A stretch of DNA of 64,000 bases from a virus: the IMG/VR virus record IMGVR_UViG_3300049845_000291, positions 64,001 to 128,000 of that record, one strand, 5' to 3'. A program made the position numbers and the translations under genes. The notes beneath the pieces were generated by a model. The model saw nothing but the letters and a program-made list of their open reading frames with translations, made no database searches and had not been told where the DNA came from. This document shows positions 18,713-28,588 of this stretch, piece after piece; position 1 is the first letter of the stretch; every line of letters begins with the position of its first letter.

Positions 18713-19462
18713 ATGGGTCGTAGACTACTCAACCGCGAAAACAAGTACCCTCAACCGGTAAACCCAGAAGGATCCAAGATCATTCGACTGAAATTCACAC
18801 CACAACCAAAGTCCCTAGCTCAAGAGCTCTATCTTGAGTCGCTTCGTGAGCAAGGCCTCACGATTGGCGTTGGACCTGCTGGTTCTGGCAAGTCATTCCT
18901 TGCCATGGCGATCGCCCTCGAAAAGCTCCTGCACAACGAGGTCTCGAAGATCGTTCTCACCCGCCCTGTCTGTGAGGCCGGTGAAAGCCTAGGCTTCCTG
19001 CCAGGTACCTTTGAAGAGAAGGTTGCTCCATACCTTCGCCCACTCCTCGATGCCCTTGAAGATCTTGTTGGCCCCACCATGGCCAAGAAGTTGCTTGACG
19101 GCGGCAAGATTGAGTTCGCCCCATTGGCGTACATGCGGGGACGAACGTTCAACAACTGCTACGTGATTCTGGACGAAGCACAGAACACGACAGTCGAGCA
19201 GATGAAGCTCTTCGTGACTCGGATTGGCGAGTTCAGCCAGTTCGTGGTGAACGGCGACATATCACAAAGCGATCTGCGTGGTGTTCCTGAGAACGGGTTG
19301 GAGTACATTGTGCGTCGACTGCGTGGTCGCTCGAATCACATCAACGTGATCGAGTTTGGACACAGCGACATCCAACGTTCGGCCATGGTCAAGGAGATCC
19401 TCCTGCACCTTGACGGGCCAGATGAACGCGTCAGCAAGGGCGGTGTGCGCCGGCAAGCGTAA
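18713..19462 (+). CDS. phoH: PhoH-family ATPase
   Basis: GPAGSGKS, LGFLPG, AYMRGRTF, ILDEAQN, GDISQSD; AGGAGG SD. Confidence 0.95.
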   Translation: MGRRLLNRENKYPQPVNPEGSKIIRLKFTPQPKSLAQELYLESLREQGLTIGVGPAGSGKSFLAMAIALEKLLHNEVSKIVLTRPVCEAGESLGFLPGTFEEKVAPYLRPLLDALEDLVGPTMAKKLLDGGKIEFAPLAYMRGRTFNNCYVILDEAQNTTVEQMKLFVTRIGEFSQFVVNGDISQSDLRGVPENGLEYIVRRLRGRSNHINVIEFGHSDIQRSAMVKEILLHLDGPDERVSKGGVRRQA

Positions 19463-19484
19463 GAAAAGCCGCGCCGAAAATAGT

Positions 19485-19506
19485 CGAGGGGCCAAACGGC
19501 CCCTCG
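19485..19506. terminator. Bidirectional hairpin terminator
   Basis: CGAGGGGCC-AAAC-GGCCCCTCG between convergent genes, A/T flanks. Confidence 0.75.
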
Positions 19507-19542
19507 CGCGCTATTTGTCAGCTAATGCCTGTATTCGGTGCG

Positions 19543-19821
19543 CTACTTGGTCAAGATCTTGTATTGCATGTTCTGCACGATGCAAAACAGGTTGTCATCA
19601 GACGCGCGGCGCAGGGCTGGCACAATAGTGCCAGCGTTGAGGGTGACTTCCAGATAGTGGAATTCAGGCGTTTTGGAGGTCATGACGACGGTGCCAAGCG
19701 ACCCCTTGGCTTCTGCCATCGCTTCGAAGAGCTTCCCATCTTGCTCATAGCACATGAGCGGGAGGAGACGCGGAGAGTAGTGTTGACGGGGCAGGCGCTT
19801 GACGAAAGGCTGCTTGTACAT
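19543..19821 (-). CDS. Hypothetical protein
   Basis: GGAG SD; TAAAAT and TGTAAC/GTTACA pair upstream. Confidence 0.6.
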   Translation of the reverse strand: MYKQPFVKRLPRQHYSPRLLPLMCYEQDGKLFEAMAEAKGSLGTVVMTSKTPEFHYLEVTLNAGTIVPALRRASDDNLFCIVQNMQYKILTK

Positions 19822-19876
19822 GTGGTCTCCGAAGTTGAGAGCACATTTTACAACGGGATCTGTAACCCGTTACATG

Positions 19877-20299
19877 TCAGCGTCGGTACCTGACACGCAT
19901 GCCACAAGCTTCCCAGAACTCCATGCTGCCACGTGCCCCTTCGTGCAGCGACGGATTGACCAGTGGTGAGAGCGTGCTCAGGTGCTTGATGAGCTTCGTG
20001 CCGTACCCCTTGCGGCGGTGACGTGCTCGGCAGAAGATCTGCACGGAGTTCGCACGTCGATATGCCACCGCTACCGGTAGATCACCAAGGAACGCGATCG
20101 CGAGAACCGCGTAGTCCACCGGCACCCGCTTCAGCAGACCCTTGAACTCCTTGTACAGCTGCCATCCTGGCACGTAAAGCCGGTGCTCAAGGGCGAGCTT
20201 GGCTCCAGCATAGAGGTCCTTGCCCTCAAAGTGCCGGACCGTGCACGGTGTAGCCAGCGTCCCTGAAGACCCTTGCGCTTTGCTCGTCAAAGACAACAC
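19877..20299 (-). CDS. GNAT-family acetyltransferase
   Basis: Acetyl-CoA motif HRRKGYGTKL; FWEACG. Confidence 0.7.
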   Translation of the reverse strand: MLSLTSKAQGSSGTLATPCTVRHFEGKDLYAGAKLALEHRLYVPGWQLYKEFKGLLKRVPVDYAVLAIAFLGDLPVAVAYRRANSVQIFCRARHRRKGYGTKLIKHLSTLSPLVNPSLHEGARGSMEFWEACGMRVRYRR

Positions 20300-20332
20300 T
20301 GATGAGCTCCCCTCTGAACAGGACTTCCCAGC

Positions 20333-21478
20333 TCAGATGACCTCGAGACCCCAGTCCTTCTCGAGGTGGTGTTTCACGTACCACTCCATCCAGCTGGGTT
20401 CCTTCCCCCGGAACTTGGTCATGATCAACCCGAAAAGCGGGTTGTCCTTGTACGTCAGCGCCGTGGTCTTCGCGTCGAAGTTCTGCTGCTGCGCGTCCGC
20501 CACGATCGAGTTCACGATCATCTCGGCCTGTTCGATTCGCTGTTTGATCTGGCGCTCCACTGCCAGAATCGGGTCGATTGATCGTCCACACAGTACAAAA
20601 GCACCCTTAAGGTCGTCGGTCTTGTCGTCACATACGGCGCGCGCCACGTCGCGCCAACGGGTAAAGGTCACGGCGTGATGGAGCTCGTTGTACCACTTGG
20701 TCTTGAGCTTCACCATCTCACCGTTCTTGAACTGGATCACCCAGCCCTCGAGGTTCTCGGTGGTCTCAGCCGCTTGCTTGAGCAGGTCCCAACGGACCTC
20801 CACAGTCTTCGGGATGCCAGCGTCCGCCATGCCCCAGCTGAACTGCTCGATCAGGTTCGGTACGATCGGGAATGGTGAACCCAGCGCTTGGAGCTCTTGT
20901 TCCGTCAGGTACCGACCAGAGACATTTTCACGGACGTGCAGCAGCGTCAGCTCGTCCTTGTCGTACTTGATCACGATCGGGAAGCGCGGCGACGTGATCT
21001 CGAAGGTAGGTGTAAAACCATCGAGCAGCAGCTGCTCGATCCACTCGCAGCCGCCAGGCGTTGCCACGGCAACTTGGGCCGCCAGGGCCGCCTCTTTTGT
21101 CTCGAACGACTTCTTCGTCTTGAACCACGGGAACCTGATGACACCGTTTGTCATCATGACCGGCGTGACCATCGAACCGTCACGTTTCTCCATGATCCGC
21201 GTTACTTCGTGCCATGGCAGCACGTGAGGTTGTGTGTCCTCACGCTCGCCGATGTTGAAGAACTTGTGCAGTGTTCTGGCGGCGATCGTCCCGTCAGGGT
21301 TGAACGTGATCCCACGGCACTCGCGCTCCATGTGCTCGTGCTCGCCGCTGAACGTGTCCTCGTCCTGCACCATGTAGCACACGACGGTCATGCCGTTCTC
21401 TTCGGTCTTGACACGGATCTGCTTGTTCCCTTCGATGAAGGGAAGCAGGTCAGAGAGCTGCTTGATGGTTGGGATCAT
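20333..21478 (-). CDS. rnlA: T4 Rnl1-type RNA ligase
   Basis: ECRGITF, HKFFN, motif I EKRDGS, TFE, EGWV, KLKT.WY..LH. Confidence 0.9.
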   Translation of the reverse strand: MIPTIKQLSDLLPFIEGNKQIRVKTEENGMTVVCYMVQDEDTFSGEHEHMERECRGITFNPDGTIAARTLHKFFNIGEREDTQPHVLPWHEVTRIMEKRDGSMVTPVMMTNGVIRFPWFKTKKSFETKEAALAAQVAVATPGGCEWIEQLLLDGFTPTFEITSPRFPIVIKYDKDELTLLHVRENVSGRYLTEQELQALGSPFPIVPNLIEQFSWGMADAGIPKTVEVRWDLLKQAAETTENLEGWVIQFKNGEMVKLKTKWYNELHHAVTFTRWRDVARAVCDDKTDDLKGAFVLCGRSIDPILAVERQIKQRIEQAEMIVNSIVADAQQQNFDAKTTALTYKDNPLFGLIMTKFRGKEPSWMEWYVKHHLEKDWGLEVI

Positions 21479-21711
21479 GATCTTGGCACCGAAGGCAGTG
21501 ACACACGCTGCCAGATGCCGACAGCTTCTTCTCTGGTCAGAACAACGCCAGGTGTGCTGAACACCAGGTCAGGTTCGATGTTGTACTTGGTCGGCGCTGG
21601 GCGCACAGCCTTGACCAGGTACAGGTCAGGCTGTTCTTGTGATGGGTACAGCCGTCCATGGAACCAGTACGCTCCAGGTTCCGTTGGCCAAGTTGCGCTC
21701 CATGTACTCAT
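21475..21711 (-). CDS. Hypothetical protein
   Basis: ATG 8 nt after TACAAT; WPTEPGAYW motif. Confidence 0.55.
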   Translation of the reverse strand: MSTWSATWPTEPGAYWFHGRLYPSQEQPDLYLVKAVRPAPTKYNIEPDLVFSTPGVVLTREEAVGIWQRVSLPSVPRS

Positions 21712-21887
21712 GAGGCGCATTGTACGCCGCAAAGAGCACGAACTTGTAACGTCAGAAGGTTCGGAACAGCGCCCAGCAGGCTAGGAATAGGTTCAGCGCC
21801 GCTGAAATACCGACCACCAAACGCAGGTTGCTGATCTGCTTGGACTGCTTCAGGTCGATGTCTTTGAGCTGTGTCGATGTGACAACA

Positions 21888-22712
21888 TCATTGCTCAGGA
21901 TCTTCATATACGATTTCTCCTTCTTCCAACTTCAGCAATCCTACCTTGGGTGTTGCTGGCTGGAAAACGGTCTTTGGTTGGTGTTTCGTGTCAGCCACCG
22001 ATGCTGCCACCTCGGTCATGGTGATCTTCAGTTCCTTTGGTGGAGCTGCCTTGATCTTAGGTGGAAGCACTGCAAGCTGCTCGAGCTTTGTTGACCGTGG
22101 TACCGGTGCGCTTTTCACGATCTCAAGCGGGTCAAGCTCAACCTTGTGCTCGGTCACAGGCACCGGGAGCTTGAAGTCTAGTCTCTTTGACTTTGGCTTA
22201 GGCGTAGCGATCTCTGCTGGTTTCCTTTCTTCTGGAACTTTGAGGACAGACTTGAGCAAAGAGATAGGGGCCGCTGGCACCTGTGAAGGAGCCGGTGTCA
22301 GAACTGGCGCCGGAACAGGTGGAGATACAGCGATCGCAGGAGCTGGGGCTGGAGCTGGAGGTTGAGTGAGCGCAATAGTCGGCTCTGGCATTGGCGCTGG
22401 CATTGGCGCTGGAGCCAGTGTGATGGTCGGTTCTTGCTGAACCGGCGCTTCCGTAAATCCAACGCTGATGCTGTGGTTGATCGGGGTAAAGATCCTTCCG
22501 TTGATCAAGACCTCGATCTTGAACGGATGCGCCCCTTCACGGAAATCAGACGGAAGATCGATGGTGACCTCCCACTCATCGCCAGACAGCTTGACAGCTG
22601 GGAACATGAGAGCCGGAGATTCACCAACGACGCACCGGCATGATGGTGTTGCAGCGGTTCCCATCACGTTCACATTGAACGTGACTCGATTCGTTTGATC
22701 AACGTACAGCAT
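21888..22712 (-). CDS. Late protein with Pro/Ala-rich linker
   Basis: TAAATA 22734-22739; beta-rich N-terminus then PAPAP repeats. Confidence 0.7.
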   Translation of the reverse strand: MLYVDQTNRVTFNVNVMGTAATPSCRCVVGESPALMFPAVKLSGDEWEVTIDLPSDFREGAHPFKIEVLINGRIFTPINHSISVGFTEAPVQQEPTITLAPAPMPAPMPEPTIALTQPPAPAPAPAIAVSPPVPAPVLTPAPSQVPAAPISLLKSVLKVPEERKPAEIATPKPKSKRLDFKLPVPVTEHKVELDPLEIVKSAPVPRSTKLEQLAVLPPKIKAAPPKELKITMTEVAASVADTKHQPKTVFQPATPKVGLLKLEEGEIVYEDPEQ

Positions 22713-23055
22713 GGTTCACCCTGAGGTTCTCGATATTTACGACGACCTTGGTGGGCTGAACATGGACGTCGGTCACGGTCACCAGCTCGAGCTGTGACCT
22801 GACCTCTTGGGTACTTGATCCACTGAGTTCTTGGAACTGCGCTGTAACCAGGATTCTTTCGAGCTCTGTTGGTAGTGCAGGAGGTTCCCACTTCTGCGGT
22901 GGCCGGGCGGTGATCCATTTCGATTGTGGGTTGCTTACCGCTGGGCCGATGACCGGTCTGAGCTCATCAATGAGCCTCTCCAGGACTATTGCACGCCGGT
23001 TCCCGCAGAACGCGTCAAGCGTGCTGCTGGTCAGGGTGCAGTAATTGATAGCCAT
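22699..23055 (-). CDS. Hypothetical late protein
   Basis: In structural operon. Confidence 0.6.
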   Translation of the reverse strand: MAINYCTLTSSTLDAFCGNRRAIVLERLIDELRPVIGPAVSNPQSKWITARPPQKWEPPALPTELERILVTAQFQELSGSSTQEVRSQLELVTVTDVHVQPTKVVVNIENLRVNHAVR

Positions 23056-23690
23056 TAGACCCGCTTCTCGTAGATGACCTCGAAGTCAGGGCAGTGATAG
23101 AACATTGAAGGGGTCAGGTTCTTCTTGCGCTTGATCATCGCTTCGAAGTTTGCAAAGTCCTGCTCATAGTTCGGTTGGCCCTTGAGGACATTGCGAACAA
23201 GCTCGACGCAGCTCACGCGAGTGGCGTCGGCGATGTCGAACAGGTTGTCGTACTCCTTACCAAGCTCCCCAATCGCCGCGTCAAGCACGGTGCGCCACTC
23301 ATCCAGCGTCATGCTCTTAGGCTTGAGGAAGGCGACGCCTTGAATACCGCCAAAGACCTCGTCGAATGATGGCACCCGTGAACCTGAACCAACGGCCTCA
23401 ACCATGTCCCTTGATGCTGGCATCAGACGGAAGTCAGCATCAGTCTTGACCTCATCTTCGAGGTTGATCAGCACGTGTGACCAGCGACCCCAACGCCCAG
23501 TCAGGAACAGGTCACTCAGACCAATGAAGAACGATGACAGGTGGTTGCTGCGATACGTGCAGATCACCAGGTAGTTCTCTTTGAGCTGCGATCGGATGAA
23601 CTCCAGATCCTCATCAGGCAACCGACGTTTGGTGCTCCAGTGAATCTTGCCAATAAATTTGACGACCGCCTCAGTAATCCCTTTGAACAT
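23055..23690 (-). CDS. Permuted papain-like (YiiX/YebB, NlpC/P60) amidase
   Basis: WSHV (His) precedes G.EYD..F...SCVELV (Cys); EAVG; LTP. Confidence 0.75.
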   Translation of the reverse strand: MFKGITEAVVKFIGKIHWSTKRRLPDEDLEFIRSQLKENYLVICTYRSNHLSSFFIGLSDLFLTGRWGRWSHVLINLEDEVKTDADFRLMPASRDMVEAVGSGSRVPSFDEVFGGIQGVAFLKPKSMTLDEWRTVLDAAIGELGKEYDNLFDIADATRVSCVELVRNVLKGQPNYEQDFANFEAMIKRKKNLTPSMFYHCPDFEVIYEKRV

Positions 23691-23694
23691 GTGA

Positions 23695-24213
23695 TCACCC
23701 CGTAAAGATGGCTGGCCAGAATCCGCTGAAGTTATAGGTTTCCGGCGCTGTTGAAGCGAGCATATTGACACGGTGTTGCTCCGCAACACCAAAGGCCGTC
23801 ATATCTAAAGTTGCAGCGGCGTTAAAGATGGACAGAGCGATAGCTGGTGTCATCTCGATGAATGATCCATCCATCGTTTTCCATTGAATTCCAGTAGGCA
23901 ACCCAGCGCCCATCATCACGAGACCAAGTTGTTGAATTCGCGATGTTTGATCAGAGTGAAACCACTTATTGATGGATGCGATAAACACACCACCATTTTG
24001 GCGCCGCGTGCGTTCATCCTGAATGGCAAGCCACATTCGATCCTTCTTCATTTGAAGGATCTCAGCGTCTAGTAATTCTTTCGTGGGGAGAGCTCCAGCG
24101 CCCTCGACAAGAAGGCTCTGATAATCTGCTGCCGAGCCCTGAGCTCGTACCACAAGCTCAGGGTGGTTCTGGACAATTGCATCAAGGTAATTTGGAATTT
24201 GGATGACGCTCAT
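23695..24213 (-). CDS. Tail-fibre-associated protein (DUF4376-like)
   Basis: R..R..GG....KWFHSD..SRIQ...WKTMDGSF motif; follows fibre gene. Confidence 0.75.
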   Translation of the reverse strand: MSVIQIPNYLDAIVQNHPELVVRAQGSAADYQSLLVEGAGALPTKELLDAEILQMKKDRMWLAIQDERTRRQNGGVFIASINKWFHSDQTSRIQQLGLVMMGAGLPTGIQWKTMDGSFIEMTPAIALSIFNAAATLDMTAFGVAEQHRVNMLASTAPETYNFSGFWPAIFTG

Positions 24214-26273
24214 CAGCCCACCTCTGTAATTTCATAGCTAGACACGAGAGCCCCGCCAAGATCGTTTCCGGCGCTTGTTGAATTGACATACCAAGTTCCA
24301 GAGCCCGCACCAATACCAACACGCATTGAGTACGTGATTTGATTAGTGGTGGCTGGACTATCAGACACCGCTAGCGTAATTGTTGTTGGGCGACCGCCAC
24401 CAGTGGCGTACCAGACCGCAGATCCAATGTTAAGGGACCCACGAAAGAGCGAAGCAATAACGATGCGGTTTGAGGTGCTGCTGTCAACCGTAAATGGTAC
24501 CGTGAACTTCATTGTTGAAGTTGACTTTGACGGCGAAATTGCGGTGCTCCAGATCTCCGATCCTTCAGTGATCGTAGGGGTAGTGTTATCGTAAGGGACA
24601 GCTGACGTACCTGAAGTCGACGGAATTATTCCCGTGTAGACCGCAAGAATACCGACGCCGCCTGAAACAACCGTGCCGATTTGATACCACTGTCCGTTTT
24701 GGTAGATTTCTGTCGCATTGAGCGTGCTGTTGTACCTAATTTCGCCATTGAGCGGCACTGCTGGCCGCTCAGCTGTTGTTCCAGTTGGAACAACCACACC
24801 CTCTGTTCCAGGAAGAACCGGATTTGGTGCTATGGCAACGGTTGGGTTGGCTGAGGTTCCTGCTCCATCTGCGACCGTGATCTGATTGGTCGTTCCTTGA
24901 ATGGCGCGGGTTGCCCATGTGTCCGCACCTGTGCGGACAGCAATACCCGTTGTGGTAAGCCCCTCAACTGCCGCTAGATCGTTAGCAAGAGCAAATGTTG
25001 GATTTCCACCAACACCAGCAGGGTGGGTGATGGTGATACCGGATGCTGGAGCCGTTAGTGAACGTGCTGCCCAAGTGTCTACATCAATTCGCGTGTAGAA
25101 ACCGGTGCCATTGAGCGTTTCGATGGCAGCGAGATCATTTGCAAGAGCAAAAACCAGCGTCCCGGCAGAAGTTATAGGGGCGCCAGTAATTGTCAACCCA
25201 GCTGCAGGCTGTGTCACATCTACAGAGGTAACGGTTCCATTTCCTGCTGATGCGTACTCCAAAGCAGTACCAGCGGCATTGACCCTGAGCACCTGCAGTG
25301 CTGTTCCGATCGTTGCGAGTCCTGTTCCACCATTTGCAGTCGGAATAATGCCGCTCAGTGCAATTGTTGGGTTAGCGGTGCTACCATCAGCAACTGAGAT
25401 GGTGATATTCTGTCCACCAACTAAAGTGCGGGTTGCCCATGTGTCCGCGCCCGTACGTACCGCGATGCCCGTTGTGGTAAGCCCCTCAACTGCCGCTAGA
25501 TCGTTAGCGAGCGTGAAGACCAGTGTACCAGCTGTAGTGATTGGCGAACCGCTGATCGTGAAGCCGGCTGTTGGAGCCGTTGCCGCAACCGAGGTAACGG
25601 TGCCAGTGCCACCAGTTTGGGCGCTGTTAACCCATGCCACACCGTTATATGACAGCACCTGCCCATTAGTTGGAGAGCTGATGATGACATCAGACAGGTC
25701 ATCTAAAGACAGAGAGATAGCTGCAGGTGCCACGGAGACCACACGACCAAATGTGTCAGTCGTGAAGACAGGAACCGAGTTAGCTGAACCGTAGGTTCCA
25801 GCTGCGCCGGCGGGAACCAGGTTGATTGTCGGATTGCCTGCAATCCCGTCACCATTATCGACGACAACGTTACCAGCGGTCCCGGTAAGAACGCGGGTGA
25901 CCCACGTATCAGCTCCAATCCTAGATGCGAGACCAGAACTAGACAGACCTTCTAGAGCGGCAAGGTCATTTGCCAGCGTGAATGTTAGCGTGCCAGCATT
26001 TTGAATAGGCCCACCAGAAATGGTGAGACCGGAAGATGGTTGAACAACGTTGATCTCAACGTCGCCATTTTGCAGGTGCCAATTCCAACTGGCGTCAGAT
26101 TCGCCTGACTTGATGTAAAGTTCGCCGTTGTCTCTTAGAAAGAGAGAACCACGCGGAGCTGGCGTGCCAGCTCCGACGCTTGGATCGACGTTCCCTGAAA
26201 AGATCGCGATGTCAGTTTCAGTGAATGCAAGACCATTCTCGAACTGAAACGCTAGTGATAGATCTGTCGCCAT
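24213..26273 (-). CDS. Tail fibre protein with four internal repeats
   Basis: Repeated F.LANDLAA.E.L...G...R...DTW..R unit; VPTGTTAERP...GEIRYN motif. Confidence 0.85.
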   Translation of the reverse strand: MATDLSLAFQFENGLAFTETDIAIFSGNVDPSVGAGTPAPRGSLFLRDNGELYIKSGESDASWNWHLQNGDVEINVVQPSSGLTISGGPIQNAGTLTFTLANDLAALEGLSSSGLASRIGADTWVTRVLTGTAGNVVVDNGDGIAGNPTINLVPAGAAGTYGSANSVPVFTTDTFGRVVSVAPAAISLSLDDLSDVIISSPTNGQVLSYNGVAWVNSAQTGGTGTVTSVAATAPTAGFTISGSPITTAGTLVFTLANDLAAVEGLTTTGIAVRTGADTWATRTLVGGQNITISVADGSTANPTIALSGIIPTANGGTGLATIGTALQVLRVNAAGTALEYASAGNGTVTSVDVTQPAAGLTITGAPITSAGTLVFALANDLAAIETLNGTGFYTRIDVDTWAARSLTAPASGITITHPAGVGGNPTFALANDLAAVEGLTTTGIAVRTGADTWATRAIQGTTNQITVADGAGTSANPTVAIAPNPVLPGTEGVVVPTGTTAERPAVPLNGEIRYNSTLNATEIYQNGQWYQIGTVVSGGVGILAVYTGIIPSTSGTSAVPYDNTTPTITEGSEIWSTAISPSKSTSTMKFTVPFTVDSSTSNRIVIASLFRGSLNIGSAVWYATGGGRPTTITLAVSDSPATTNQITYSMRVGIGAGSGTWYVNSTSAGNDLGGALVSSYEITEVG
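24946..25508. repeat. 41-bp exact direct repeat (24946-24986 and 25468-25508)
   Basis: CCCGTTGTGGTAAGCCCCTCAACTGCCGCTAGATCGTTAGC twice within fibre gene. Confidence 0.85.
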
Positions 26274-26298
26274 TCACAATCTCTTCAGGTGCTGTTCA

Positions 26299-27633
26299 TT
26301 AGAACGCGGCGATAGCTGAGATTCGCTGGGCCTTGACGTCAACGGCTGCGGTTGATTGGACGTTCAGCACAAGCGAACCACCCGACAGCGTAACAGTCGC
26401 TTGGAACCCAGTGATGTTTCCACCGCGGGTGAGAGCGGCAAAGATCGTCGAATCAACGCTGGTACCATTGTGCATCGCGAAGACCTTGAAGGAACGGATG
26501 CGGGTTGGGGTGGCGGTTTCACGAACGTAGACATCCCACTCGGCAGCAACTGCAGCAACGGTATCGACCGCAGAGATCGAGGTGACGTTGGTCAGCGTGG
26601 TGGTCAGGCTGGTAGCCGCGATGGCTGCGTCAAGCTTGCCAACAGCTGCGGTGACACTGTCGCCATCAACGATGTAGTTGTTGGTGCTGTAGTCAGGAGT
26701 GCCAACCCCGGCGGTCTTACCGAGATAATCGTTGATCGAGGCAACTTCACCATCTAGCGCAGTAACGTTCTGGTTGACGGTGTTGGCTGCAAGAATGACT
26801 TCGCCGTTTGCAACGGTACCGCCGATCTCAGCATCGAGCTTACCAATGGCAACTTCAAGGTTGTCACCGTCAGCGACGATGTTGACCGAGCTGTAGTCTG
26901 GCAGCTCGTTGCCAGCACCAGTCTTGCCCATGAAGGCATTGGCAAATGCCGATTCAGCATCAAGCTTACCAATGCCAGTTTCCAGGCTGTCGCTATTGGC
27001 AACTACTGTGGTGCTGGTGTAGGTTGGGAGCTCGTTACCTGGACCATCTTTACCGATGAAGGCGCGAATGAAGGCGTCCTCGTCAGAGGCGGAGCCCTGA
27101 ATCCAGATCCAGTCCGTACCGTCGTACTGGTAAGTCTTGCCAGCGTCAACACCGCCAACAACGTAGGTGGTGTCACCAGAAGATTCTGGGTTCAAGTCTT
27201 CTGTGAGAGTCCAGTTGCCAGACGTGCCGCTGACAACGAAGATGTTCTTGTTGCCGGTGACGCTTGCGCCAAGGATCCGCATACCGAGCGTGACTGGAAC
27301 GCCCTGGATCAGGTCATCGGCGTCAAGATCGGCCTTCAGGCTCGCGACATCGGTTGCCGTCGTGTCGATGACCGAAACCGGTTCACGCCAGGAAAGACCC
27401 GAAGACGCAACTGTGTTGACATAGTCCTCAGTTGCAATCTTCTTCCACTTGTCAGTGCCGACACCAGCGGCAACCTTCATGTAAAGGTCGCCGGAGGTGG
27501 TATCCGTGAAGTACGAACCGCGTGGGGCGGTGGAAGTATCACCGGAAGCGCCTGGAGCGCCTGCGCCGGTGAGGAATTGCGCTGCTTCATCGAGCTCAAG
27601 GCCACGATAAATGCGGAAGAAATCTGCTGCCAT
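26299..27633 (-). CDS. Virion structural/fibre protein with three internal repeats
   Basis: Repeated GK.....P.Y.......D......GKLDA unit; TAAATA 27671-27676; AGGAG SD. Confidence 0.8.
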   Translation of the reverse strand: MAADFFRIYRGLELDEAAQFLTGAGAPGASGDTSTAPRGSYFTDTTSGDLYMKVAAGVGTDKWKKIATEDYVNTVASSGLSWREPVSVIDTTATDVASLKADLDADDLIQGVPVTLGMRILGASVTGNKNIFVVSGTSGNWTLTEDLNPESSGDTTYVVGGVDAGKTYQYDGTDWIWIQGSASDEDAFIRAFIGKDGPGNELPTYTSTTVVANSDSLETGIGKLDAESAFANAFMGKTGAGNELPDYSSVNIVADGDNLEVAIGKLDAEIGGTVANGEVILAANTVNQNVTALDGEVASINDYLGKTAGVGTPDYSTNNYIVDGDSVTAAVGKLDAAIAATSLTTTLTNVTSISAVDTVAAVAAEWDVYVRETATPTRIRSFKVFAMHNGTSVDSTIFAALTRGGNITGFQATVTLSGGSLVLNVQSTAAVDVKAQRISAIAAF

Positions 27634-27677
27634 AGTGTGTCTCCTACTGGATCCTAAGGATCAATGCCTCTATTTAG

Positions 27678-28388
27678 TCAATGTTGAATGCGGGTGACAG
27701 TAACTTCGACGTCGAATGCCTCGTCGTTCTGCCAAACCAGTCTGATCTTTTTTAGGGCCGTGTCCAACACAATGCTGGCCGTTCCCAAAAACCGGTCGCC
27801 AACTCGCGAGCTGACATTCCAAGTTCCTGATTCAAGGTCATTCAACAAGTCACCGCGGACATTGCATAGAACCTCGAAGGTTGTTGAGTTGAAGTTCGAC
27901 GGCGCATACAGCGTCACGAAGAACTTGAAGCCGCGTTTTGTCGAGCTGTAATCAGCTTCATCGACGATCGCGGTCTGTGCGCCAAGTACGGTACTTGTTG
28001 ATGTTCCACCGGGCACGTCTCCAGCACCAGTCGAAACAGGCAGCTGCATTGCGCGCTGCATCGTCTCGGCTGTGACGCGATGGTCGACAAGCGTCTCATT
28101 TCCAACGGCGCTGGACCAAGCTTGCGCCGTTGTCCCTTCCATTCCACGATCTGAAAGGCTAAAGTACAGCGTATCGCCAACGCGCTGCGTGACCTTGATG
28201 ATCTCACGGGTGGTGGCCGCCTGGTCTTCAAGCGTGACTAGGAAGTACTCGCCAGGCCCTGGATTTGGGAACAGCGCACCATACCCCGCCATCACCGTCA
28301 ATGACGTTGAAGTCGCGCTAATAGGTGCGGTCAGGAGGCTGACCGCGTTGTTCGAAAACAGCTGAACCTCTGAAAGCGATACTGGCAT
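27678..28388 (-). CDS. Virion structural protein
   Basis: NNA.S.L...I...EIIKVT...RG.EGT.A..W motif typical of tail proteins. Confidence 0.7.
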   Translation of the reverse strand: MPVSLSEVQLFSNNAVSLLTAPISATSTSLTVMAGYGALFPNPGPGEYFLVTLEDQAATTREIIKVTQRVGDTLYFSLSDRGMEGTTAQAWSSAVGNETLVDHRVTAETMQRAMQLPVSTGAGDVPGGTSTSTVLGAQTAIVDEADYSSTKRGFKFFVTLYAPSNFNSTTFEVLCNVRGDLLNDLESGTWNVSSRVGDRFLGTASIVLDTALKKIRLVWQNDEAFDVEVTVTRIQH

Positions 28389-28588
28389 TATGCTCTCACT
28401 TTTCCTTGGTGTTCAGCAAGAACCTGTAGGAATCGCTGCTTCGACATCGTCGAATCAACTGCTTCCTTAAAGGCATCGACCTGATCAAGAGGCACCAGCA
28501 CCTCTAAACGATCGATCCCATGTTGAATCTTAAAGACTCGAAATGGCCTTTTACTTAGCGTGTTGTTTAGGTCCGCGATGAGCTTCAT
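28388..28588 (-). CDS. Hypothetical protein
   Basis: Overlaps neighbours. Confidence 0.55.
   Translation of the reverse strand: MKLIADLNNTLSKRPFRVFKIQHGIDRLEVLVPLDQVDAFKEAVDSTMSKQRFLQVLAEHQGKVRA

Noticed and set aside
24213-27633. Repeats as possible CRISPR array or DGR template/variable repeat
   Set aside because: Repeats are in-frame protein repeats with synonymous differences; no spacer pattern, no adenine-specific mismatches and no reverse transcriptase in the window
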